Both the position numbers and the translations under genes were made by a program. Below are positions 1-10,362 of a DNA stretch of 64,000 nucleotides, one piece after another. Under the pieces are notes generated by a model. That model worked only from the letters and a program-made list of their open reading frames with translations, had not been told where the DNA came from and did not search any database. This DNA is from Candidatus Pacearchaeota archaeon (GTDB lineage Archaea; Nanobdellota; Nanobdellia; Pacearchaeales; GW2011-AR1), in assembly GCA_017609755.1 (NCBI GenBank), contig JAFCDI010000001.1:4400-68399 (forward strand), read 5' to 3'. Numbering within the stretch: the first letter of the stretch is position 1; each line of letters opens with the position of its first letter.

Positions 1-2
1 TT

Positions 3-1574
3 GCAGGAGAAACTAGACATTATTTAGATTGGTTTTATGGAATAAATCTCTCAAGAGCACTAATGAATGCAATAAAAACAACTGGAAAATTTAGAATAAT
101 GTCTATTGGAAGAGTTCAAGGTCCAACTTTAAATCTTTTAGTTAAAAAAGAAAGAGAAATACAAAAATTCAAACCAGAAACTTACTGGCAAATATTTATA
201 GAAATAAATGACAGAACAAATTCCCTAGAACTAAAACATAACAAAGATCTTTTTGATAAAAAAGAATTAAAAAAATTTGACAAATTAAAAGGAAAAAAGA
301 TAAAAGTAAAAACAGAAAAAAAAGAACAATTCCTTCCTCCAAATCCTCCTTTTAATTTAACAACTCTTCAAACAGAAGCCTATAAATTTCATGGAATAAC
401 TCCTTCAAACACTCTAAAAGCAGCACAATCTCTTTATCTTTCTGGTTTAATTTCTTATCCAAGAACTTCAAGTCAAAAACTTCCAGAGTCTGTAAACTAT
501 AAAGAAATTCTAAATAAATTAGCTAAAAAATATCAAATTGAAAAATTAATAACAAGAAATACTCCAATTCAAGGTAAGAAATCAGATCCTGCCCATCCAT
601 CAATATATCCTACAGGAAATTATCAAATTTTATCTGGAGATGAACATAAAATTTATGAATTAATTGTTAAAAGATTTTTAGCTTTATTTTGTGATAGTGC
701 AATTATTGATAGTAAAACAATAAAAACAGAAGTAAATAAATTAGTTTTTTCGGCTAGAGGTTCATCAGTAAGAAAAAAAGCATGGATGGAAATATATCCT
801 TCAAAACTAAAGGAAAATGAAATTCCAGATATTAAAGAAAATGCAGAAATAATAAAATGTAGAAATGAGGAAAAACAAACTCAACCTCCAAAAAGATACT
901 CTCCAGCTTCAATAATCTCAGAGCTTGAAAAAAAGAATTTAGGAACAAAAGCAACACGTTCAATGATACTAGAAACTCTTTATGATAGAAATTACATAAA
1001 AGAAAAATCAATAGAAGTTACTCCTCTAGGAATGTCTCTTATATCCACTCTTGAAAAATTCTCTCCAATTATAATTGATGAAGAATTAACAAGAAGATTT
1101 GAAACAGAAATAGAATCAATACAAAAAGCAAAAGGAAATCACAAAGAGAGAGAGAAAAAAATAATTGAAAAAGCAAAAAAAACAATAACTTCAATTTCAA
1201 AAGATTTTGAAGAAAATGAGGAAAAAATAGGAAAAGAGCTTTTAAAGGCAAATTTAGAACATTTTGAAAAAGAAAAACAAGAAAATAAATTAAATATCTG
1301 TCCAGTTTGCAAAAAAGGAAATTTAGGAATAACTTATTCTAGAAAAACAAAAAGATTTTTTATTGCTTGTGATGATTATCCAAATTGTAAAAATACATAT
1401 AGCCTTCCTCCAAATGGAAGTTTTAAAAAAACAGACAAAATCTGTGAGAAGTGTGACTTTCCACTATTAATGAGTTTAAGAAAAGGAAAAAAACCTTGGA
1501 TATTTTGTTTTAATCCTGAATGTCCAACAAACAAAGAAAGAATTGAAAGTTATAAGAAAAAATATCATAATTAA
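3..1574 (+). CDS. topA: DNA topoisomerase IA, 5'-truncated by the window edge
   Basis: Frame is open from position 3 (AGETRHYLDWFYGINLSRAL). SIGRVQGP, catalytic LISYPRT, AHPSIYPT, GTKATR and C-terminal Cys4 zinc ribbons. Confidence 0.95.
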   Translation, partial: AGETRHYLDWFYGINLSRALMNAIKTTGKFRIMSIGRVQGPTLNLLVKKEREIQKFKPETYWQIFIEINDRTNSLELKHNKDLFDKKELKKFDKLKGKKIKVKTEKKEQFLPPNPPFNLTTLQTEAYKFHGITPSNTLKAAQSLYLSGLISYPRTSSQKLPESVNYKEILNKLAKKYQIEKLITRNTPIQGKKSDPAHPSIYPTGNYQILSGDEHKIYELIVKRFLALFCDSAIIDSKTIKTEVNKLVFSARGSSVRKKAWMEIYPSKLKENEIPDIKENAEIIKCRNEEKQTQPPKRYSPASIISELEKKNLGTKATRSMILETLYDRNYIKEKSIEVTPLGMSLISTLEKFSPIIIDEELTRRFETEIESIQKAKGNHKEREKKIIEKAKKTITSISKDFEENEEKIGKELLKANLEHFEKEKQENKLNICPVCKKGNLGITYSRKTKRFFIACDDYPNCKNTYSLPPNGSFKKTDKICEKCDFPLLMSLRKGKKPWIFCFNPECPTNKERIESYKKKYHN

Positions 1575-1885
1575 ATTTCTATTTTTAATTTATCTTCTAG
1601 ATTTGAATAATCAAAGTAAGAATATGGAAAAACATTTATATCTAGACAGTTTTTAGTGTTCACATTTGGAAAAAAATTTTTAAGATATTCAATATCATTA
1701 TAAGTTATTTTTAAAGAGCCATCTTTTTTTGACATACGATCTATATAAGGCAAAGAAATAATTTTTTTAATAGAAAAAAAAGTAGCTACATATAAATCTT
1801 GTCCTCTTTTTCTTAATCTTCTAGATTTTCTATTCAATTTTCTCATATAATTAGATAAATCAAACATAGAAAAAATAAGAAGCAT
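1571..1885 (-). CDS. hypothetical protein
   Basis: 104-aa ORF filling the gap; no recognisable motif; start uncertain. Confidence 0.5.
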   Translation of the reverse strand: MLLIFSMFDLSNYMRKLNRKSRRLRKRGQDLYVATFFSIKKIISLPYIDRMSKKDGSLKITYNDIEYLKNFFPNVNTKNCLDINVFPYSYFDYSNLEDKLKIEI

Positions 1886-1917
1886 ATATTTAAAAATTAT
1901 TCTCTAAAAGCCCTCTA

Positions 1918-3120
1918 CTAAAACCATTCTTGTAATCTTTTTTCTTCTTTAATTTTCTTTAATAATAAACTTTTATTTAAAATAAAAGAAAAATCAAAAT
2001 TATATTTTATTTTTGCTATTTTTTTTGCAGAATTGATTAATTCCTCTCTACTATTAAATTCCATTTCTCTATTAAGAGCTTTTTTTACACTCTCTCTAAC
2101 AACCCAAACACCTAAAGAAGCCCAATAAGATGGAGTTTCTAATCTTACTACTAAAACACTTGCTTGTCTTTTTATTTTATTCAAATATTTCAAAATAGCT
2201 AATCGAGTTGCATAATATCCTCCTGAAGTATTAGAAGCATAATTTTTTCTTCCAGAATAAAATTCAAAATCAGTAGCAGCTTTTATCTCTTTTGAGGAAT
2301 TCCAAGAACTGCCTGGATAATAGAGCTCAAATAATTCATAACTCCAAACATTTGGAAAAAAAAGAATTAAATATTGATTTCCAAGAAACTCTCCAAAAAA
2401 AAGCCCATAGTTTTCTATTTCCTTATATTCTTTAATTTTCTCTATAAGTTGTTTTCCAATAATATCATCTGTAGCAGTAATGCTCCATCGAGTAGGAACA
2501 AGCCTCTTATTCTTTTTTAAACCAATTACACCTACACTCAAAATCTTGCTTAAAGAATACTCATCAAAATTATTTTTATATAAAATTTTTATTCCTTCTA
2601 CTGCCTTTATCTCATCATTCATAACTCTATCTACTTTTTTTGAGATTTTAACATTTCCAGTAATAATCGCCTGTTTTAAATTTGCCCTTAATCCTTGAGG
2701 AGTAATTACTCTGTCTCTTTCTCTTTTAAAAGAAAGTTTATTTTTTAATTCAATTTCAACATTCACTGGTTTAGCTGCGATTGCAATTTCTTGAGCTAGA
2801 TTAACAAATTTTTTATTTAATCTAGAATCCTGTACTTTTGACTGAAATCTTGAATTTAACAAACTATTTCTCAATTTAATTACATCTGAAATATCAAAGT
2901 TATTTTCTGCCCAATATTTTTCATCATCATATAATTTTGCATTTTCATCTTTTTCAAGAGGAGATAAAATTCCAACATTAACTAAAGGATATTTTAATTT
3001 AGAACCAATAAAAACACTTGGAGGAGAAATACTATCTACTTTAGAAATATTTTTTAATTCTCTAAATTTAAAACTGGTTTCTGCAACTTTTTTTAGAACC
3101 TCAAACTTTATATTTTCCAT
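1918..3120 (-). CDS. nreA: Nre-family archaeal DNA repair protein
   Basis: SPPSVFIG..YPLVNVG, RLVPTRWSITATDD, GGYYATRLA, LGVWVVRE and a C-terminal PIP-like RLQEWF. Confidence 0.9.
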   Translation of the reverse strand: MENIKFEVLKKVAETSFKFRELKNISKVDSISPPSVFIGSKLKYPLVNVGILSPLEKDENAKLYDDEKYWAENNFDISDVIKLRNSLLNSRFQSKVQDSRLNKKFVNLAQEIAIAAKPVNVEIELKNKLSFKRERDRVITPQGLRANLKQAIITGNVKISKKVDRVMNDEIKAVEGIKILYKNNFDEYSLSKILSVGVIGLKKNKRLVPTRWSITATDDIIGKQLIEKIKEYKEIENYGLFFGEFLGNQYLILFFPNVWSYELFELYYPGSSWNSSKEIKAATDFEFYSGRKNYASNTSGGYYATRLAILKYLNKIKRQASVLVVRLETPSYWASLGVWVVRESVKKALNREMEFNSREELINSAKKIAKIKYNFDFSFILNKSLLLKKIKEEKRLQEWF

Positions 3121-3159
3121 TTTTTAAACAAATTTTCAATATTTAAAAGAATTTATTGT

Positions 3160-3813
3160 TTAGACTATTCCTCTTGAAAAAGTATTCTCTTTTTTCCTTA
3201 TAAAAAATCCATATTTAGAAGAATTAAATCTCTCATTTTTAATTAAATCCTGATATGCATATAAAATAGAAAAATCATTAGAAATTAAAGAAGTGTTTCC
3301 TCTAGAAACACTAAAAACAGCTGCTGTAATTAACAAATCATAATCTGTTTCAGTTAATCTTTTAATTTTTTTAAGAGGTTTATTTCTTCGATATATTTGA
3401 TTATATTTATAATTTTCAAAAATATCTAAATTAATAATTTTATTCTCTTTTTTAAAATTCTTTAACAATTTTTTTCTTTCTTTCATAGCAGAACAAATCT
3501 TTCCAAAATAAACTCTTTCTTTTTTTGAGGATTTTGAACGATTTGAGTAAGGAAGTACTTCTTCAAAAGTTTTATTTTTTGGACATTCAAATTCCTCAGA
3601 AACTCTTTCTGTTAAATAAAACATTCCTTTTTGTTTTAAATACTTATTAAAGAAAATGCAAGAGTCAATTTCAGATTTTTTGCAAGAAATTCTATCTTTT
3701 AATTTTAAAGAAGTGCTACTTTTTGCTTCTAGAAAATTAATAAGAGCAGAAGTGTCTAATAAAATAAAATCAAATTCCTCGCAAATTCTTTCTAAAGGTA
3801 TAAAATTCCCCAT
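3160..3813 (-). CDS. PIN-domain-like protein
   Basis: LLDTSALI, LTETDYDLL and LISND give the acidic pattern of PIN folds. Confidence 0.6.
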   Translation of the reverse strand: MGNFIPLERICEEFDFILLDTSALINFLEAKSSTSLKLKDRISCKKSEIDSCIFFNKYLKQKGMFYLTERVSEEFECPKNKTFEEVLPYSNRSKSSKKERVYFGKICSAMKERKKLLKNFKKENKIINLDIFENYKYNQIYRRNKPLKKIKRLTETDYDLLITAAVFSVSRGNTSLISNDFSILYAYQDLIKNERFNSSKYGFFIRKKENTFSRGIV

Positions 3814-3855
3814 ACCAATATCTAAAAGTATATATTTAAAAATAATTGTGTGATA

Positions 3856-4584
3856 TTATATCCATCTTTTTTTAAAAATACCCTTATCTCTAATTTCAAA
3901 ATTAATTTCTTTTAAAGGCAAACTTCTATGTTTTAATAAAATTGCTTTTCTTCTTCCTTTTTCATTTTTTAATTCAATTATGCATTTGCTCCAGTATTTG
4001 AATAAATCTCCTCCAACAATATTTGTTTCTCTTTCAACTCCTTTTTTCCAGTCCTCTTCTGATAAAAAATTCATATAAACCTGATTTGTAATTAAAATAG
4101 GAATCTGTTGTTTACGGCATATTTCAGCTAAATTTCTCATTTGTTTTGCTATTTCTCTATTTAATTTTTTAACATTTTCAGAATCTCCTGATTTCTGGGC
4201 ATCTGCTAATTCTAATCTATATAACATTGCCATTCCATCAATAATAATTAAACTAATATGTTCTTTTTTGATTTGTAAAAAAAGTTTTTCAAAAGCTTTT
4301 TTCTGCTCTTCAAAATTAGTTGGTTTTAATAAAAGAATTTTTTCTAAAGTTTTTTCAGATTCTTCTTCAACTAACTGCTTAACTCTTTCACTTGAAAAGC
4401 CTCCTTCTGTATCAACAAAAATAACTCTATTTCCTTTTTTTGCCTGACTACAAGAAACAAGAATTGAAAAATTAGTTTTTCCACTTCCAGGAGGTCCAAC
4501 AATCATAGTAATTACATCTTTTTCATAGCCTCCATAAAGCCATTTATTAAAATCATAACTGCCTGTAGATATTTTATTTGACAT
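3856..4584 (-). CDS. radB: DNA repair and recombination protein RadB
   Basis: Walker A GPPGSGKT, VDTEGG, LITNQVY and the RadB basic patch LLKHRSLP; no N-terminal HhH. Confidence 0.93.
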   Translation of the reverse strand: MSNKISTGSYDFNKWLYGGYEKDVITMIVGPPGSGKTNFSILVSCSQAKKGNRVIFVDTEGGFSSERVKQLVEEESEKTLEKILLLKPTNFEEQKKAFEKLFLQIKKEHISLIIIDGMAMLYRLELADAQKSGDSENVKKLNREIAKQMRNLAEICRKQQIPILITNQVYMNFLSEEDWKKGVERETNIVGGDLFKYWSKCIIELKNEKGRRKAILLKHRSLPLKEINFEIRDKGIFKKRWI

Positions 4585-4625
4585 AAAAATAATCAAATTC
4601 AAGAATTAATAAGTATTATTATACT

Positions 4626-4889
4626 CTATTTTAGTTTCTTAAAATCACTTTCTATTTTATCTAAGTCTTTTGTAGCAGCAGAAATTGCATCATTAAGAGC
4701 TTTTTTAGGAGTTTTTCCTTTTGTCTTTAATAACATAATTGGTTTTTCAGTTATATGTTCTCTTTTCCAAGCTGCAAAATTAACAGAAGAATCTTCATTA
4801 AGATAAAATCTCAGAAGTTCTGCAATTGTTAAACTTTCTAACTGAAATTCCATTTCCTCTTTTGCATTCTTAATAATTTTAATCTTCAT
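4626..4889 (-). CDS. rpoL: RNA polymerase subunit L (Rpo11)
   Basis: 87 aa; TIAELLRFYL..V.FAAWKREH...P pattern. Confidence 0.85.
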   Translation of the reverse strand: MKIKIIKNAKEEMEFQLESLTIAELLRFYLNEDSSVNFAAWKREHITEKPIMLLKTKGKTPKKALNDAISAATKDLDKIESDFKKLK

Positions 4890-4920
4890 AATAGAAATTC
4901 ATTAAATTAGTTTATAAACT

Positions 4921-5691
4921 TTACCTTCCAAAAAGAATTCTGTCCATTTCTTTCTTAGAAATTTCTCCAGTATTTGATTCTAAAATTTCTCTATTCTCGA
5001 TATCTTCTTCTTTCTTTTTGAAATTCTTAAAATTATTTTCAATTTCTTCTATTTCTTCTTCAGATTCAAATTCTGGCTCTTCTTTCATTTTTCTTAAATC
5101 ATCTATTGTTAAAATTTTAGCCTCATTTCTTTCAAAACTAAGTTTTTTTGGATATTTTTCTGGTTTTATCTCTTTTTCGAATTCTGGACGAATAATTCTT
5201 ATATTCAAAAAATTCTCTAATTTGTTAACTAATTTATAATCATCTTCTGGCAAAATTCCTTGCTCTACCATTTTTATAGCAGCTTCTGATTCTTCAATTT
5301 GTTTTGCAAGTTGAGATTGTGTTAATTTTTTTCTTCTTCTTGCTCTCATAATTGTCCAATGAAAATTATCTATCATCTCTGGACGTAATTCTTTTTTCTT
5401 AGGAGCTTTAGATTCATAATTTCTATCTACAATTTCTCTTAGAGTAGTCTCTTGTAATTTTTTTTCAGGATTTTCTCTTTTTTCAGCTTCTTTTATAGAA
5501 CTAGAAGCTCTTTCATAAAAAGTTTGTTTTCTTTCTGCTTCTTTTAATTGAAAAGTAGTTGGTCTTCTAATAATAGGAATATGCTCGTCTCTAGCACATT
5601 TTTCACAAATTTTCACAACTCCTTCATCAGAAATTGCATCAAAAAGTCTAACTCTATTTATCTTTGCACCACAATAAAAACATTCATCCAT
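4921..5691 (-). CDS. MBF1-like zinc-ribbon + Cro/C1 HTH protein with acidic tail
   Basis: CFYCG...CEKC; IMRARRRKKLTQSQLAKQIEE....IKMVEQG. Confidence 0.8.
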   Translation of the reverse strand: MDECFYCGAKINRVRLFDAISDEGVVKICEKCARDEHIPIIRRPTTFQLKEAERKQTFYERASSSIKEAEKRENPEKKLQETTLREIVDRNYESKAPKKKELRPEMIDNFHWTIMRARRRKKLTQSQLAKQIEESEAAIKMVEQGILPEDDYKLVNKLENFLNIRIIRPEFEKEIKPEKYPKKLSFERNEAKILTIDDLRKMKEEPEFESEEEIEEIENNFKNFKKKEEDIENREILESNTGEISKKEMDRILFGR

Positions 5692-5744
5692 AAAAAAATA
5701 AACTTCAAGTTCTTTTTTAAGATTTCTATACTAAAAAACTACAA

Positions 5745-6404
5745 TTAATACAAATATTTAGACAAATCTTCTACACTATTTAATTCTGAAATTACATTTT
5801 TTTCATTAATTATAACTGTAGGATATTTTGAAATTTCAAAATTTTCCAAAAGAGCATCTAGAGAAACTAAATTACTATCAACTGCAATAGGAATTAAAAC
5901 AATAGAATTTCCATATTCTTGTTTTAAATCAAAAATAATCTTTGACCACACATTTTGAGTTGCTTTAACTGCTAAATCTTTGGTTTGATATTCATACAAA
6001 TAAACAACAGTATTAAAATCTCCACTACATTTTTCTGATATATCAATTGAATTAATCCATAAAAAAGTTCTTAACATATCATATTTTCTATGTGCTATTT
6101 TCAAACCTTCTGTGATTTTTCCAGCAGATTCATATTTTTCAAGAGCATAAGCTTCTTCATAAATATTATTTGCCAATTGTATATTTGAATCAATTAAAAC
6201 TTCGCAAGAGTCTTCTGAATTTATTCTTTCATTTAAAGCAAACATATCCATAAAAAGAACTTCTGATTTAGCATAAAATTGTTCTATTTTATCTAAATTT
6301 TCTCTTTCAAAATTAGCTCCTATAAGCATTCCAAAAATAAAGATAATTATTGTTAATAACAATGCTTCCCAAAAAACTCTTTTTTTATTTTGTAATATCT
6401 TCAT
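5745..6404 (-). CDS. membrane-anchored hypothetical protein with possible thioredoxin-like C-terminus
   Basis: N-terminal TM helix; C-terminal ISKYPTVIINE. Confidence 0.6.
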   Translation of the reverse strand: MKILQNKKRVFWEALLLTIIIFIFGMLIGANFERENLDKIEQFYAKSEVLFMDMFALNERINSEDSCEVLIDSNIQLANNIYEEAYALEKYESAGKITEGLKIAHRKYDMLRTFLWINSIDISEKCSGDFNTVVYLYEYQTKDLAVKATQNVWSKIIFDLKQEYGNSIVLIPIAVDSNLVSLDALLENFEISKYPTVIINEKNVISELNSVEDLSKYLY

Positions 6405-6416
6405 TTTTCTTCTTTT

Positions 6417-7658
6417 TTACCAAGTTCGTTTTCTTTTTAAAAATTTAGTTAGTGAAATCATAAGAATCATAGGATATGCTAATAAGTAAAAAATAAGGTA
6501 AAATCCAAGTGTAAATGCTCCTATATTTGGATAATTCTTTTCTTTTACATTTGAAAGAGCTATAAGTGTAAAAAATAATCCAAATAAAAAAAGAATTATT
6601 CCTAGAAAAATTAAAACATTCATTGTAAGACTTATATCTCTTAAAGCAAGAACTGCTGTTTGAGCCTCAAGAGAGTATTTAGTAGAGAGAAAAGAAAGAA
6701 TAAAATTTCTTGAAAGTCTATATGTTAACATAAAGATTCCAAATAATCCCAAAAGCCAAGACAATATAAAAAAAGGAAGAATAAATGCTCCAAGCATTCC
6801 TTTTCTATTAACTGCTTCTTTTTTATATTTAAAAATTGTTTGTAAACCTCCAATATTCCATCGATTTCTCTGCTTAATCCATTCTTTTATTTTGCTTGGA
6901 GCCACAGAATAAACTCTTGAAGGAACACACATTTTTATTTTCCAATTATTAGCCTGTAATTTCCAAGTAATTTCAATATCTTCTGTTAGATTTTTCTCAT
7001 CAAATCTTCCTATTTTTTCAAAAGCTTTTCTTCTATAAATTGCTAAAGGTCCAGGAGTAACATAAATAGAATCAATAAATTCCAATAATTTTCTACTAAA
7101 TTTAATTACTTTGTATTCTATTGATTGAAGTTTTTCTATAAAATTTTCTCTATTTTTTACTAAAACAGTAGATGTAACTGCTCCAACTTGAGAATCATTA
7201 AAAAAACCAATCATTTTATTTACAGATTTTTTCTCAGGATAAGAATCTGCATCTGTAAATCCTATTAACTCTGTTTTAACAAATTTAGAGCCATAATTTT
7301 TTGCTCCTGCTGCATTTCCTGTATTTTTAGGAGTTTGAACAGCTTTAACAATAGAATATCTTTTCTCATAATCCTTCATAATTTTATAAGAATTATCAGT
7401 GCTACAATCATCAACAATAATTATTTTTTTCAATCCTTTATAACCCATATTTAGAAGAGATTCAATTGTGCCTCCAATATGGTCTTCTTCATTATAACAT
7501 GGAATAACAATACTTAGAGAATATAATTTTTTTGCCTTGGGATAATAAAAAAACTTATCTTTATTCTGAAAATAGATTAATATAAATAGGAAAAAAAAGT
7601 AAAATGCTATGAAGGTGTATACTAAAAATACAATTGTTATAAAGTCCATTTTATGCAA
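6417..7658 (-). CDS. processive GT2 glycosyltransferase, membrane-bound
   Basis: SIVIPCYNEE, VDDCSTD, TDAD, LTED, QRNRW and C-terminal TMs. Confidence 0.92.
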   Translation of the reverse strand: MHKMDFITIVFLVYTFIAFYFFFLFILIYFQNKDKFFYYPKAKKLYSLSIVIPCYNEEDHIGGTIESLLNMGYKGLKKIIIVDDCSTDNSYKIMKDYEKRYSIVKAVQTPKNTGNAAGAKNYGSKFVKTELIGFTDADSYPEKKSVNKMIGFFNDSQVGAVTSTVLVKNRENFIEKLQSIEYKVIKFSRKLLEFIDSIYVTPGPLAIYRRKAFEKIGRFDEKNLTEDIEITWKLQANNWKIKMCVPSRVYSVAPSKIKEWIKQRNRWNIGGLQTIFKYKKEAVNRKGMLGAFILPFFILSWLLGLFGIFMLTYRLSRNFILSFLSTKYSLEAQTAVLALRDISLTMNVLIFLGIILFLFGLFFTLIALSNVKEKNYPNIGAFTLGFYLIFYLLAYPMILMISLTKFLKRKRTW

Positions 7659-7713
7659 ATCAACTAGAATTTTCTTGTTTTAAAAGATTATTGTGAAGAA
7701 GTTTTACTTTTAT

Positions 7714-8235
7714 TTAATCTTTTTTAGAAAGATTATTGGATTCTGAACTAACATTAAAATAATCATAAAAATCATCACTTAAACTCAATTCATAAGTGTG
7801 TCCTAATTTCTTTTTTCTAATTAAACTCAAATCAGAGAATTTCTTTATATGGTCATAAGCTTTATTTCCTCTTATTTTAATTATTACTGATTGCTTAATA
7901 GGTTGTTTAAAAGCAATAATAGCCAAAGTTTCTTGTTCTGCTTTTGAAAATTCTGCACTTCCTGTTGCTAATTTATTAATTAAATAAACATAATTTGGTT
8001 TTACATCCATTTTCCACATATTATTCTTCTCAACAATTTCAATTGCAGAATTTTCATCATATCTTTCTCTAATCTTCTCAATAATTCCTGGAATAATTGC
8101 AGGACTTAAATCAGACAATGAGACTAATTCTGGAATTGTTAAAAATCTTCCAGAAATAAAAAAAATCGCTTCTAAAAGCTTAATATATTCCTTTTCTTTA
8201 AAATTTTCAATCTCATCTAGAGTATCGCTTTTCAT
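7714..8235 (-). CDS. scpB: SMC-Scp complex subunit ScpB
   Basis: LEAIFFISG, FSKAEQETLAIIAFKQPI, IRG, FYDYF. Confidence 0.92.
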   Translation of the reverse strand: MKSDTLDEIENFKEKEYIKLLEAIFFISGRFLTIPELVSLSDLSPAIIPGIIEKIRERYDENSAIEIVEKNNMWKMDVKPNYVYLINKLATGSAEFSKAEQETLAIIAFKQPIKQSVIIKIRGNKAYDHIKKFSDLSLIRKKKLGHTYELSLSDDFYDYFNVSSESNNLSKKD

Positions 8236-8285
8236 ATATCTAAAAATAACAGAGTCTTTATAAGCATTATTCTCTAATTTTTTTT

Positions 8286-8750
8286 ATGAAAAAAGAGTTA
8301 ATATTTTTTAGTATTATTCTTGTATTGGGAATTTCTCTTTTATTTCTTAGATTAATCAGTCCAAAAGAAATAGATGATGTAACTCCTGAATTTTTTTGTG
8401 CAGAAGAACTTTTAGAAAAAGCAGACATTTTGTTTGTAATTCCTAAATTTAATAACACTCCAATTTCTGAAAATCCTGAATGGTGTGAATATATTCTAAG
8501 TCTAAATAAAACATTAGGATTGCATGGAGTTTATCATACTTATAGAGAATTTGAAATTAATAGAAATCAAGCTTATTTACAAGAAGGCATAGATGAATTT
8601 AAGACTTGCTTTGGATATGAACCAACTCTATTTAAACCTCCTCAAAATAGAATATCTAAAAATAATAAAAAACTAATAAAAGAAAATAATATGACTCTAA
8701 AAACAATTTCCAACAAAATAATTCATAAAATTTATCACTGTCCTTACTAA
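8286..8750 (+). CDS. polysaccharide deacetylase-like (DUF2334-type) membrane-anchored protein
   Basis: N-terminal TM; EIDDVTP, LGLHGVYH, FKPP. Confidence 0.7.
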   Translation: MKKELIFFSIILVLGISLLFLRLISPKEIDDVTPEFFCAEELLEKADILFVIPKFNNTPISENPEWCEYILSLNKTLGLHGVYHTYREFEINRNQAYLQEGIDEFKTCFGYEPTLFKPPQNRISKNNKKLIKENNMTLKTISNKIIHKIYHCPY

Positions 8751-8781
8751 ATTTATATAAACTAAAAAAATATTCAAGAAT

Positions 8782-8949
8782 ATGAATGAAATAAGCGATA
8801 ATATAGATGAAAAAGGCCTTCAAATTGAGATGCCTTGTACTGAAAAAGATAGCCCATATTATGAAAAAGATTACAATAAATTAGAGAATTCTGAAAAATT
8901 TGTACAAGAAATGTATGTCCAAGGAAAAAGTAAGCCATATGAATTCTAA
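8782..8949 (+). CDS. small acidic hypothetical protein (55 aa), absent from the ORF track
   Basis: ATG 8782 to TAA 8949 (MNEISDNIDEKGLQIEMPC...KPYEF), with TTTATATA about 30 nt upstream. Confidence 0.5.
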   Translation: MNEISDNIDEKGLQIEMPCTEKDSPYYEKDYNKLENSEKFVQEMYVQGKSKPYEF

Positions 8950-8985
8950 AATCGCAGAACAATACAATTCAATAAAGAATAATTT

Positions 8986-10071
8986 CTAAAGCTTGTATCT
9001 TAAAATAGCTCCAATTCCACCCAAATTATAAAATTGCTCTCCTTCTTCAGTTTCTGTTGAAATAATTTCTATTTTTGAACTAATATTTTCTGCCATTTTC
9101 TTAAGTTCTTTTGCAATCTTTTTATCAGTAGATTTAGATAAAAATAAAATCTCTACAGCACCATATTCTAAAGCTTTTTTTGTGTCTTTTTCTTTTAAAG
9201 TTGCTAATTCTGGATTTTCTCCTAATGTCTCAAAAAATCTTTCCATAAGTTTCTTTTCATAAACAATTTCCTGATTAACCAAAATATCTTGAGATTTTTC
9301 AACTAATTCTTTTAAACCAGATTCATTACTATCTCCAATATCTACTCTTCCAATTATTTTTTCTCTTAATTTAGTAGCTAAATATTCATTATCAATAAAT
9401 TCGTCTTTAGTAGGAATGGGTCCTCCAATTAAAATTCCTTTTAATTTAGGCATTTCAAAAAAGATTTTTTTCATTTCATCTGCAATTCTTTTATAAAATT
9501 CTTTTGTTAGTCCTTCTGTAATTCTATGAAATCTTTGACTTGATTGTCCTCCTGCTCTAACTTTACTTGGAACACCTGAACTCATTTTTTGAATAACTTC
9601 TATTCTTTTTCCCTCTAAAACTCCAATTGTTGCTTCCTTTCTATCCATAACCAATAATCCAAAAACCTCAGAAACCTCTAACATTTCTCTCAAAGGTTCT
9701 AAAACAAACTCCTTATCACATCTATATAATCTCATTTTAATTGGCAAAGGAGGTTCTATTTCCCACAATTGTAAATCCTGTTGTCCTTCAACTTTTGAAA
9801 CATTTCCACAAAAAAGAGCAAGTCCATTTTCAGGAGTTTTCTTTAAACTTTTTAAATATCTTACAAGCTTATCTAGAGCATCCCCCACATTTTTTCGAGT
9901 AGAAGTTGATTTAATATTTTTAGCAGTTGATTTCTCTGCTTCTAATTGTCTCTGAACAGCATTTACATCATATCCTTCAGAAATATAAACACTAATTAAT
10001 TCAGTGTGTCTTCCTTTATGCTGTTCTAATTCTTGTAAAATATCTTCAAGTTCATATTTTGTTATGGCCAT
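8986..10071 (-). CDS. prf1: archaeal peptide chain release factor aRF1
   Basis: TELISVYI, NIKS, YRCD, GGQS, GGIGAILRY. Confidence 0.97.
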   Translation of the reverse strand: MAITKYELEDILQELEQHKGRHTELISVYISEGYDVNAVQRQLEAEKSTAKNIKSTSTRKNVGDALDKLVRYLKSLKKTPENGLALFCGNVSKVEGQQDLQLWEIEPPLPIKMRLYRCDKEFVLEPLREMLEVSEVFGLLVMDRKEATIGVLEGKRIEVIQKMSSGVPSKVRAGGQSSQRFHRITEGLTKEFYKRIADEMKKIFFEMPKLKGILIGGPIPTKDEFIDNEYLATKLREKIIGRVDIGDSNESGLKELVEKSQDILVNQEIVYEKKLMERFFETLGENPELATLKEKDTKKALEYGAVEILFLSKSTDKKIAKELKKMAENISSKIEIISTETEEGEQFYNLGGIGAILRYKL

Positions 10072-10153
10072 AAAACAAAAAGCAAAGCCTAGTTTATAAA
10101 ATTAGTTAATTTAACATAGATAAATTATTAAACAAAAAAGAAATTAAATATAA

Positions 10154-10360
10154 ATGGAAAAAATTCTTTTAATAAGAGATGATTCAAAACTCTCAGAAAA
10201 AGTAGAGAATTATCTAAAAGAGCAAAGAATAGAATATAGTCTTCTTTATTCAAATGAAAAAGAATATTCGAATCTACCTCATATAATAGATCCTAAGCTA
10301 AAATTTATTCCAAAAGGAGAAACAGGATTTAATTTTTATAAACTCTTAAAGAAAAAATAA
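10154..10360 (+). CDS. hypothetical protein
   Basis: 68-aa ORF divergent from prf1. Confidence 0.55.
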   Translation: MEKILLIRDDSKLSEKVENYLKEQRIEYSLLYSNEKEYSNLPHIIDPKLKFIPKGETGFNFYKLLKKK

Positions 10361-10362
10361 AA

